Of a stretch of 64,000 bases of DNA, positions 14,201-26,499 are shown piece by piece. Each line of letters begins with the position of its first letter. Within the stretch, counting starts at the first letter, position 1. Made by a program: the position numbers and the translations under genes. This stretch comes from the human T2T-CHM13v2.0 reference genome, Homo sapiens, in the NCBI RefSeq assembly GCF_009914755.1, contig NC_060925.1, one strand, 5' to 3'. Below the pieces are notes generated by a model, which was not told the DNA's origin, made no database searches, and saw nothing but the letters and a program-made list of their open reading frames with translations.

Positions 14201-15030
14201 GGGGAAGTTTTCAAGCCCATCTAGCCCTCAGCCTGGAAACAGACTCCCGGCAGTTAGGGGGGGACACGGTGGGAGTGAGAGTGGCCCTTCTGTTTGCGTG
14301 GGAGCTGGGTGAGGGCTCTGACTGCTGGCTTTCCCCCACTTCCCTGACAACCTTCATGACTCAGCAGAGGCAGCCATAATCCTCCTAAGTACACAACTCC
14401 AGTAAACTGGGAATCTCACCCCCAATTCCCCACAGCAGCCCCAGCACGACCCAACCAAGGAGCTGCTGAGCTCATACACACCTAGCCCCACCCCCACCTG
14501 ATGGTCCTTCCCTATCCACCCTGGTAGCAAAAGACAAAGGGCATTTAATCTTGGGAGTTCTAGGGCCCTGCCCACCGCATATCTTTCTCTGTACTACTAC
14601 AGCTGATGCTTTCTGGAAAGCGCCACCTCCTGGCAGGAGGCCAACCAGCACAAAAATAGAGCATTAAAACATGGCCAACCAGTACAAAAATAGAGCATTA
14701 AACCACCAAAGCTAAGGACCCTCACGGAGTCCACTGCACCCTCCACCACCTGCACCAGAAAAGGCGCTGGTATCCATGGCTGAGAGACCCATAGATGGTT
14801 CACATCACAGGACTCTGTGTAGACAACCCCCAGTACCAGCCTGGAGCCAGGGAGACTCGCTGGGTGGCTAGACCCAGAAGAGAGACAACAATCACTGCAG
14901 TTCGGCTCACAGGAAGCCACATCCATAGGAAAAGGAGGAGCATACTACATCAAGGGAACACCCCGTGGGACAAAAGAATCTGAACAACAGTCTTCAGCCC
15001 TAGACCTTCCCTCTGACAGAGCCTACCCAA

Positions 15031-16070
15031 ATGAGAAGGAACCAGAAAACCAACCCTGGTAATATGACAAAACAAGGCTCTTCAACACCCCCCCAAAATT
15101 TCTCTAGTTCACCAGCAATAGATCCAAACCAAGAAGAAATCCCTGATTTACCTGACAAAGAATTCAGGAGGTTAGATATTAAGCTAATCAGGGAGGGACC
15201 AGAGAAAGGTGAAGCCCAGTGCAAGGAAATCCAAAAAATGATATAAGAAGTGAAGGGAGAAATATTCAAAGAAATAGATAGCATAAAGAAAAAAAACAAT
15301 AAAAAATTCAGGAAACTTTGGACACACTTTTAGAAATGCAAAATGCTCTGGAAAGTCTCAGCGATAGAACTAAACAAGTAGAAGAAAGAAATTCAGAGCT
15401 CGAAGACAAGGTCTTCGAATTAACCCAATCCAACAAAGACAAAGAAAAAAGAATACGAAAATATGAACAAAGCCTCCAAGAAGTCTGGGATTATGTTAAA
15501 TGACCACACCTAAGAATAATCAGTGTTCCTGAGGAAGAAGAGAATTCTAAAAGCTTGGAAAACATATCTGGGGGGATAATTGAGGAAAACTTCCCTGGCC
15601 TTGCTAGAGACGTAGACATCCAAATACAGAAGCATAAAGATCACCTGGGAAATTCATCTCAAAAAGATCTTCGCGTAGGCACATTGTCATGAGGTTATCC
15701 AAAGTTAAGATGAAGGAAAGAATTTTAAGAGCTGTGAAACAGTAGTACCAGGTAGCCTATAAAAGAAAACCTATCAGATTAACAGCAGATTTCTCAGCAG
15801 AAACCCTATAAGCTAGAAGGGATTGGGGCCCTAACTTCAGACTCCTCAAACAAAACAATTATCAGCCAAGAATTTTGTATCCAGCAAAATTAAGCATCAT
15901 ATATGAAGGAAAGATACAGTCTTTTTCAGACAAACACATGCTGAGAGAATTCGCCATCACCAAGCCACCACTAGAAGAACTGCTAAAAGGAGCTCCAAGT
16001 CTTGAAACAAATCCTGGAAACACATCAAAACAGAACCTCTTCAAAGCATAAATCACACAGGGCCTATAGA
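15031..16070 (+). pseudogene. L1 ORF1 remnant (stops/frameshifts)
   Basis: Fragments MRRNQKTNPGNMTKQGS... and ...YEQSLQEVWDYVK are typical of L1 ORF1p but are split across frames. Confidence 0.9.
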
Positions 16071-16137
16071 ACAAAAATGCAAGTTAAAAAGCAAAAACAA
16101 AACAACAACAAACAAAAGTACAGAGGCAACAAGGAGC

Positions 16138-19100
16138 ATGATGAATGGAACCATACCGCACATTTCAATGCTAAAATTGAATGTAAATGGCCTAAATGCT
16201 CCACTTAAAAGATACAGAACCACAGAATGGATAAGAATTCACCAATCAACTATCTATTGCCTTCAGGATACTCACCTAACACATAAGCACTCACATACGG
16301 TAAAGGGGTGGGAAAAGGCATTTCATGCAAATGGACACCAAAAGCCAGCAAGGTATTCTTACATCAGACAAAACAAACTTTAAAGCAACAGCAGTTAAAA
16401 GAGACAAAGAGGGACATTATATAATGGTAAAAGGCCTTGTCCAACAGGAAGATATCACAATCCTAAACATATATGCACTTAACACTGGAGCTCCCAAATT
16501 TATAAAACAATTACTAATAGACCTAAGAAATGAGACAGCAACACAATAATAGTGGGGGACTTCAATACTCCAATGACCAGACAGGTCATCAACACAGAAG
16601 GTCAACAAAGAAACAATGAATTTAAACTATACCTTGGAACAAATGGACTTGACAGATATATACAGACATTTCATCCAACAACTGCAGAATATACATTCTA
16701 TTCAACAGCACATGGAACTTTCTCCAAGATAGATCATATGACAGGCAACAAAACGAGTCTCAATAGATTTAAGAAAACTGAAATTATATCAAGCACTCTC
16801 TCAGACCACAGCGGCATAAAACTGGAAATCAACTCCAAAGGGAAGCTTCAAAACCATGCAAATACATGGAAATTAAATAACCTGCTCCTGAATGAGCATT
16901 GGGTCAAAAACGAAATCAAGATAGAAATTAAAAAATTCTTCGAACTGAATGACAATAATGACACAACCTATCAAAACCTCTGCGATGGAGCAAGGGTGGT
17001 GCTAAGAGGAAAGTTCACAGTCCTAAATGCCTACATCAAAAAGTCTGAAAGAGCACAATCTAAGGTCACACCTCAAGGAACTAGAGAAACTAGAACAAAG
17101 CAAACCCAAACCCAGCAGAAGAAAGGAAATAACCAAGATCAGAGCAAAACTAAATGAAATTGAAACAAACAAAAAAAATACAAAAGATAAATGAAACAAA
17201 AAGCTGGTTCTTTGAAAAGATAAATAAAATTGATATATCATTAGCAAGATTAACCAAGAAAAGAAGAGAGAAAATCCAAATGACCTCATTAAGAAATGAA
17301 ATGGGAGATACTACAACTGACACCACTGAAATACAAAAGATCATTCAAGACTACTACGAATACATTTACAGACATAAACTAGAAAGTCTAGAAGAGATGG
17401 ATACATTCCTGGAAAAATACAACCCTCCTAGCTTAAATCAGGAAGAATGAGATACCCTGAACAGACCCAGCGAGATTGAAATGGTAATTTAATAATTACC
17501 ACTAAAAAAAAAGTCCAGGACCAGACAGATTCACGGCAGAATTCTACCAGACATTTAAAGAATTGGTACCAATCCTTTTGACACTATTCCACAAGAAAGA
17601 GAAAGAGGGAACCCTACCTAATTCATTATATGAAGCCAGCATCACCCTAATATCAAAACCAGGAAAGGACATAACCAAAAAGAGAAAACTACAGAACGAT
17701 ATCCTTGATGAACACAGATGCTAAAATCCTTAACAAAATACTAGCTAACCAAATCCAAGAACATGTCAAAAAGATAATCCACCATGATCAAGTGGGTTTC
17801 ATACCAGGGATGCAGGGATGGTTTAACATACGTAAGTCAATAAATGTGATACACCACATAAACAGGATTAAAAACAAAAATCACATGATCATCTCAATAG
17901 ATGCAGAAAAAGCATTCAACAAAATCCAGCATCCTTTATGATTAAAATTCTCAGCAAAATCGGCATACAAGGGTCATACCTTAATGTAATAAAAGCCCTC
18001 TATGACAAACCCACAGCCAACATAATACTGAATGGGGAAAAGTTGAAAGCATTCCCTCTGAGAATTAAAACAAGACAAGGATGCCCACTCTCACCACTCC
18101 CCTTCAACATAGTACTGGAAGTCCTAGCCAGAGCAATCAGACAAGAGGAAGAAATAAAGGGCATCCAAGTCAGTAAAGAGGAAGTCAAACTTTCACTGTT
18201 TGCTGATGATATGATTGTTTACCTTGAAAACCCTAAGGACTCCTCTAGAAAGCTCACGGAACTGATAAAAGAATTCAACAAAGTTTCTGGATACAAGATT
18301 AATGTACACGAATCAGTAGCTCTTCTATACACCAACAGCGACCAAGTGGAGAATCAAATAAAAGAACTCAACCCCTTTTACAATAGCTCCAAAAAAAAAA
18401 AAAAAAAAAAACTTAGGAAGACACCTAACAAAGGAATTGAAAGACCTCTACAAGGAAAACTACAAAACACTGCTCAAAGAAATCACAGATGACACAAACA
18501 AATGGAAACATATCCCATGCTCATGGATGGGTAGAATCAATATTGTGAAAATGACTATACTGCCAAAAGCAATCTACAAATTCAATGCAATCCCCATCAA
18601 AATACCACTATCATTCTTCACAGAATTAGAAAAAAAAATCTAAAATTCATATGGAACCAAAAAAGAGCCTGCATAGCCAAAGCAAGACTAAGTGAAAAGA
18701 ACAAATCTGGAGGCATCACATTACCTGATTTCAAACTATACTATAAGGCCATAGTCACCAAAATAGTGTGGTACTGGTATAAAAATAGGCACATAGACCA
18801 ATGGAACACAATAGAGAACCCAGAAATAAACCCAAATACCTACAGCCAACTGATCTTTGACAAAGCAAACAAAAACATAAAGTGGGGAAAGGACATTCTT
18901 TTCAACAAATCATGCTGGAATAATCAGCTAGCCGCATGTAGGAGAATGAAACTGGATCCTCATCTCTCACCTTATACAAAAAATCAACTACACATGTACT
19001 AAGGACTTAAACTTAAGACCTGAAACTATAAAAATTCTAGAAGATAACATTGGAAAAACCTTTCTAGACATTGGCTTAGGCAAGGATTTCATGACAGAGA

Positions 19101-19961
19101 ACCCAAAAGTAAATGCAATAACAACAAAGATAAATAGCTGGGACCTAATTAAACTAAAGAGCTTTTGCATGGCAAAAGTAACAGTCAGCAGAGTAAACAA
19201 ACAACCCACAGAATTGGGAGAAAATCTTCACAATCTATACATCTGACAAAGGACTAATATCCAGAATCTACAACAAACTCAAACAAATCAGTAGGAAAAA
19301 AACAATCCCATCAAAAAGTGGGCTAAGGACATGAATAGACAGTTCTCAAAAGAAGATATATAAATGGCCAACAAACATATGAAAAAATGCTCAACATCAC
19401 TAATGATCAGGGGAATGCAAATCAAAACCACAATGTGATACCATCTCACTCCTGCAAGAATGGCCATAATCAAAAAATCAAAAAACAGTAGATGTTGGCA
19501 TGGACGTGGTGAACAGGGAACACTTCTGCACTGCTGGTAGGAATGTAAACTAGTACAGCCTCTATGGAAAACAATGTGGAGATTCCTTAAAGAACTAAAA
19601 GTAGAACTAACATTGGATCTAGCAATCCCACTACTGGGTATCTACTCAGAGAAAAAGAAGTCATTATTTGAAAAAGATACTTACACACGTTTATAGCAGC
19701 AAAATTCACAATTGCAAAATTGTGGAACCAACCCAAATGCCCATCAATCAACAAGTGAATAAAGAAACTGTGGTATGTAAGTATGTATGTATATGTGTGT
19801 GTATATATATATATATGATGAAATACAATGCAGCCATAAAAAGGAATGAATTAACAGCATCTGCAGTGACCTGGATGAGACTGGAGACTATTATTCTAAG
19901 TGAAGTAACTTGGGAATGGAAAACAAAACATCATATGTTCTCACTGATATGTGGGAGCTAA
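16138..19961 (+). pseudogene. L1 ORF2 remnant (endonuclease/RT, disrupted)
   Basis: LNVNGLN, GDFNTP and SDH endonuclease motifs, QGCPLSP and LFADD RT motifs, C-terminal MFSLICGS. Many frameshifts. Confidence 0.92.
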
Positions 19962-21612
19962 GCTATGAGGATGCAAAGGCATAGAATGATACAATGGACT
20001 CTGAGGACTTGGGGGGAAGAGTGGGAGGGGGGCGAGGGATTAAAAGACTACAAATATGGTACAGTGTATACTGCTTGGGTGATAGGTACACCAAAATCTC
20101 ACAAATCACCACTAAATAACTTATTCATGTAACCAAATACCACCTGTACCCCAATAACTGATGGAAAAATTAAAAATAATAAAAATAAAAAGGTTTATTG
20201 GCAAAAAAAGAATGATTCCTAACTAAAGACAAAACAAAGTTCATTAGGAATATTATTTTTATATATTTACTTTTATTAATATAAAAACCTTTATAATCTA
20301 TTTTATAGTGGATAATAAATACACTCTCGAGAATACTGAAGCAAAATCTGGTACTCACTAAATAGGGGAAATTAAAATATTTAATGGGCTTTGTGTGATC
20401 AAATTCCTCTTGGAATTTAAAATGCAGATCAGGGAAAGATATGACACTTAAAGTTCTAAATTAAATAACTGAATAAGAAAATTCATGAAAACCAATTTAA
20501 CAATAATATAAATGGTTTCACAAACTGAAATCTTCCATAAGACAAATCATGATCCCATATTTATTGACTACTCACCATACTTCGTGGTATGTTCAACTTT
20601 CATTGAATCTATTAACTTTAAAAGAAATGATAGCAGTTGTTTAGCGCCCAGGCCCTTCTTGACAAATACTGAACTTGCTTCTCTGAAGAGTGCATTAAGG
20701 AGCATCTGACTAGAAGTCAAGATGTCATGTATTCTTAGGAAATAAAGATTGTGGTCTCCAGTTCCGTAGATACTAACATTGGGACAGCTTCAGGAAGGAA
20801 ATGCTGTTAAGGCTTTTAACTACAGACCCTACAGAATCTTAGTAACAACTCATGCCTCAATGGGAAAATGAATTCAGAGTTCCAACTTGAATTGCTAGCA
20901 ATATGTTTTGCCCCATTCTCCCCCAGCCCCCTGCCTGTCAGGGAGGGAGAAGAGATTCCTGTACCTCAAAGCCATTTGTGGTAGCTCCAACAATCTGGGG
21001 AAAGGGCCCCAAAAGTAGGATAGTACCACATAAGGCAAACAGTAAGCCAGTTAGACATGTTGAGGTAATCTCAGCACTTTGCCGGACCTTTTTCCCGGGG
21101 AAGTCTCACAATGCAACACTCAAGTATACTGTAGTTTATTTTGTCTGTAAGGGCAAATCTTATGCATTCTAAACATTCTCAACAACCATCTTAGAAATGA
21201 GCCTCTGGAACACAGTCATATGTAAGACGTAACTGCCATACTCAAAAGACATTTTTTCAACTAATACTGAGGTAAGTGACAAGTTGATTGACAATAAAGG
21301 AAAACTGCCAGAGTTCGCATTTAATAAATTATTTTAAAATGAGAATCCATTCTACAATCAACTTTCAGAGAGTTAAACGATCTCTGGGTTAATGACCATA
21401 TCACCTCCCTCAAAATTTTACAGATAAACTAAGGCAGACAGCAGTTAAGAGATTTCCCAAAAGTCAGAGGACTTAACAGCTAGGTCTGCAGAGTCCTATC
21501 CAATGTTTTTCCTAATACTGCATACAATTTTTGACAGACTACTCACAACCAAACTATATCTTTCAGAATTCTACCTTTCAGAGCATTTTAGCGATTAGGT
21601 CTGGCACAACTT

Positions 21613-21673
21613 ACAACTGTAACTAGACGGTTTTCTGTGTGGACAGGACAGAAAACTGACTAATTACAGCTGT
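21613..21673 (-). ncRNA. MIR1537: pre-miRNA miR-1537 (intronic, sense to LYST)
   Basis: Near-perfect 61-nt hairpin. Minus strand 21634-21613 reads AAAACCGTCTAGTTACAGTTGT, the miR-1537-3p sequence as recalled. Flanks tggcac/gtgcca extend the basal stem. Confidence 0.93.
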
Positions 21674-22739
21674 ACTTAGTGCCAACTCCCAGGCACGCCT
21701 CCAAGCACCACAAACTTCTTGCCCCCCCACAAACTTCTCAAGATGTTTTACAGCTTTGTTATCTTTTTCCATGTTTCCACATTGTACATTTATACCAAAA
21801 AGTAAATGACTTGGAAGAAAAATGTTGCTCCTCTTGAAAAGAAGTATGTACATTTTAACAAGAAGTAACACCTTCAGCTCTAAAGAGCATCAGAAATTTC
21901 AGCATCGGAGGGTTAAGAATTGGCTCTGAACTAGATGTTCTATATTTAAAATGTGGGAATATAATAATCCTTAACTAGTGAATATGGAAATAAATGGTTG
22001 TGCTGTTCCTATATTTATTCTGTATTATGCATTTAAGCTAAGTTAAAGTAGAAAAATGTGTTTAATGAAATATTTCCAATTTATGTAGAATTGTGTAAAG
22101 AAAACTAAAAAAAAAAACATGTATAACAGCAGTAAGGCAGTAGTTCTGGGGGAAGAATGGAAATCTAAGACAGCAATGGCCCAGAAAGGTGTACATATTA
22201 TTTTTTCATATTTCAGGGTGTCAATAAACAACATTGCCTATTTCGCTACCCCTCTCCCCAAGCCCATGAAATCTTGGTTAACATGCCATTCCGGCTGCCT
22301 TGAAACCTGGGGCGCTGACCTAGGGAGGAGAGGTTACTCTGGCTCCTTGCAGAACAAAGCTGGCCAGGAAATAAAGGAAACTCAGGCATAGGGCAGCCAG
22401 GCAAAATTTTAATAGAAATTCAGAGGAAGTCACACTAAAACGCACCAAACTTAAGCCTTTCAACAGGTAGTTCATTTTTCCTAAAAACAAACAAATTCGG
22501 CAACCAGATATCTCAGGAAGAACCTGTGTTTGGCCCTGAGCACCGCAAAAGGGTAGAAATTCTGAGATATTGTAGCTATAGAGAGAGAGACGGCATTTAA
22601 AGGAACTATGAAGGTTCATCCAGGTAAATCATCTCCCCGGCTTTCTATCCCTGTTAGAAGGAATGTGCTAGATGTTTTACACTGACTACTACATCCCTCC
22701 TCAAAAGAGACCTTTGGATTTTTATAGCATGATGATGAT

Positions 22740-23350
22740 GATGATAATCTGGCTAACACCTACAGTGATTAATTACTACACATCAGGCACTATTGTAAGC
22801 ACTCTAGGTAAGTAGAGTAGTTAGTTTAATCCTCCTAACAATCTCCTAAGTAACATTATTATCCCTAGTTGACACATATTGGAAACTGAAGCACAGTAAG
22901 GTTAGGTCATTGCTCAAAGTCACAGAGTTACTAAGTGTCAGGGCCAGGATTCAGACTCATGCAATCCCTTTGTATTCTATATACAAATTTCTATTCTCCA
23001 AAGCAGACATTGACTTCTCTCTCCAATAAGCCAGCTCTTCCTTCTTCATTCCTCTTTCAGTAAATGGCCTCTACCCAGTGACTGAGGTGAGAAACCAGAA
23101 TAGCACTTCATCTAGTGCCTAGTCAATTCTCCCTCTTGACCACTTACTGGTTCACCTCTGCATCTGCTGCTCTATGACCTTGGGTACTCGACTTCCTCTT
23201 TCTAAGCCTCAGTTTCTCATCTATACAACTGAGTTCATAAGAGTAGCTGTAGTTGTTGCGAATATCAACATTAAACGAGATAATTCATGTAAAATGCATA
23301 GCACAGTGCCTGGCAGATTGCAGGAAAATCAATAATTATTAGATATTATC
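22740..23350. mobile_element. Two MIR elements in opposite orientation
   Basis: MIR cores gaaactgaagcacag (reverse) and ctaagcctcagtttctcatctat (forward). Confidence 0.75.
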
Positions 23351-24316
23351 ATCTTCACCTTGAATCTGGTCCTTCCCCCTAATCTTACACCTAAGCATCC
23401 TTAGACCTTCAACTCCTCTCTTACTTGCAATACTAACAACCTCCTACTTGATCACACTGTCTGGTCTATTTTCTGTTTAATCTAAATATGCTACCACTAA
23501 AAATGTTACTCATATCCCTTGGAATGACAAATGTCACTCCAATTCATAGGGAAGAAGATCCCAACTGCTTATTATCAAAGTATGCAATACCTGCTACAAT
23601 TTAGCTTTTCCAAACTCCCAACACATAACACGTTGTACCACCCTGCAATTCCTTCAAAGGGTATACACTTTCTCAACTAATTTTTTATCATGTTGCTATG
23701 GAAATTCCCATTAATTCCCAATTAATTACTTTTCCACATGCCTCTATCTTATCACTCACCACACTGTACTGTATTGTTTCTTTTAAAACTAGATTATACT
23801 TTTCTTAAGAAAGGAAACCAGATCTTATTTGATCAGAAAAATATGAGCATCTAACACAGTACCACAGATACAAGAGTTCAATAAATAAACACCAGTTCAT
23901 TTAATACTAACTTTGATAGAAAACATTTTAATATTCAAATACCTTTAGGAAATGTTCCCCCAGGTAAGGCTCTGAGAAATAGACACATTTACAAAAGCCA
24001 CTCTCTATTCCACAATTAGCATTTAAGGCACTACCGAAACACCTTAAAAACCTTACCAAACATTTTTCATATTAAAACCAAAAACCTTCAGCAATAAAAT
24101 TTTGGATGCTTATTCATACTGTTAAAGATAATCCAAAGCATACAGTTTAAAAGTTCTTGAAAATCAATTATAAGCATGATAGTTTTCCATACCTCCTGAG
24201 GAATGCTAAAAACAGCTTGGAGCCTTATCCTAAATGTGAAATGAAAATAATAAAAATAATTTATGTAGCTGTACTATAATAATAAACTTTTTTCATATAT
24301 ATTTTGCATAAGGTTA

Positions 24317-24364
24317 AAGATTCTGCAAAATAAGTTTTAGAAGATTCTGCAAAATAAGTTTTAG
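24317..24364. repeat. Perfect 24-bp tandem duplication
   Basis: aagattctgcaaaataagttttag x2. Confidence 0.95.
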
Positions 24365-25552
24365 ACATACTGAACACAGATATTTATAAGCTTTAAATAC
24401 ACCTTGCACGTATAGATAGCACGTTTCCTCTTATTTCATAATTCTTAAGAAACAAAAAAATTAGCTTCCCTTCAAAAGAAAGAAAAAACAATAATTGAGG
24501 CAGTCAATTACAGAAAAATGTGTTTACTGTTATAAAACATTTCACACCAAGAAAGATAACCACAAGTTCAAACTCAGATCTGGTGGCTGAATCTACTGTT
24601 CTATAACCATGTGTGAAGATGGATAGTTAGGGGAGCAGAGCACAGAACAGAAATAAGAAAGAAATATATATAAATATTTTCTGAGCACAGGCATTTCAAA
24701 TTCCAACCACATAATTTTTTTCCCTACCACACTGGGTAGTTTCTATCATACTCGGTAGTTTCTATCACTGTGGTCTAAATGTAGACTTGTATAAAGAAAA
24801 AGGGTTAAAGTTAAAGGGGTAAAATAAGGAAATTACATATTGAAAACCAAACACTATGGGTTTCTATGATGCACAGACATCTTTTGGTTATGAGATCACT
24901 TTCTTAAAATACATTAAAATTTTCAAATGGTTGGTAGTATAACAGAAAGAATAGTAGACTAAAAGTCAAGAGATTCTCAGTTTTCTGTTTTGCCTTGTTC
25001 TCTTTAGGATCTCAGGCAAGGTGCTTAACCTTTCTGATGCCCATTATTCTTACAGATATTTAAAAAACAAAAACTAGATGATCTCTAAATGCCTCTTTGG
25101 GTTGTGAACTTTTATGAGAGTACAACATTCAGAAAATGTAGTAAGTATCAACATTAATTTAAGATTAAAATTATACATCTTCAATGTTTCCTTAAACTGT
25201 GCATAATCAGGTTTTATCAAAACTGCCTTACTGGGTTCTGTTTTTTAAAAAATAAGGTGAAGAGAAAATAAATATATTTCAGTAATGTGGAGCAAATGAC
25301 TTTAGAAACATTCTCCAAAATGTTTAAATAAGGCTAATAGAGAAATATTTCAAGACTAATTATCAGTATTACTGTCTTTGGAAGCATCACTAAGCAGAAA
25401 TTCAGGAAATGGCAAAAGATTTTAATCTTGAACAAACTCTAAGTCATAATGCAGTAAAGGTACAATGAAGTCTAGACACTTAAATATGAAAAGTAGGATA
25501 AGAGTGAGCTGATGGATATAAGCAGCTCTTACAAGTTACACAGGATATACTG

Positions 25553-25779
<227 letters not shown>

Positions 25780-26266
25780 AATAGGCATAAACCAGAGCCA
25801 TCTTAGGCAAATCAAGATGTTTGGTCATACCAGTGATAAGTAACCAGAGAAGCTATCACCTTAGAAATGGTTGTGGATGTTGAAAATAAGTGAATTGAGC
25901 CCTCAACTAGATGGGCATGAGTGGAGATTACTAGCCTAAGATGACTTTCTCTAGTCACATGATATTGCCCTGAAATATCATGGGCTATTTCTTCTGGGTA
26001 CATCTTCCTATATAAGGATGTTGGGATTTGAAGAAAGTTCTAGATTCATCTCTAGATGAACATTCAGAAGTCATTAACATATAGGTGGTATATGAAAGCT
26101 TAGAAATAGATGAGATCATCAAAGGAAAGCACAAAGAAAGAGAAGTGAGGAGGAGGAGAGAATCCAGAGGCTCACCAACATGAAGGAGCTGGCAAAGAAG
26201 AATCCAGCCAATGAGACTGAAGAGGAGTGGTTAGAGGGGTACGAGGAAAACCAAAAAAGAGGGGGG

Positions 26267-26349
26267 TGTGTCTGTGGGTGTGTGTGCGCGTGTGCACACA
26301 GGTGTATATATATACACACACACACGTATATATACACAAACATATGTAA

Positions 26350-26406
<57 letters not shown>
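26267..26406. repeat. Compound (TG)/(TA)/(CA) microsatellite
   Basis: Alternating purine-pyrimidine tract including a pure (CA) run at ~26352-26394. Confidence 0.95.
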
Positions 26407-26499
26407 AAATTTCACAAGCCAAGAGAGAAGAGAGGGTTAAGAAATGAATGGTTAATATTTTCATATGCATCACTTTGGGGGCCAGGAAGACAAGTCAGT

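Larger units (their letters stand above)
13575..20208 (+). mobile_element. Full-length degenerate LINE-1 (L1PB1/L1PBa-like), antisense to LYST
   Basis: ~1.45 kb 5'UTR, ORF1 and ORF2 remnants, 3'UTR with G-rich tract, A-tail. 21-bp TSD agaatgattcctaactaaaga at 13554-13574 and 20209-20229. Confidence 0.95.

Noticed and set aside
15031-19961. L1 as an active element or RT gene
   Set aside because: Both ORFs are broken by many stops and frameshifts.
26119-26473. Cys/Val or His/Thr repeat ORFs
   Set aside because: Translations of (TG)/(CA) microsatellites.
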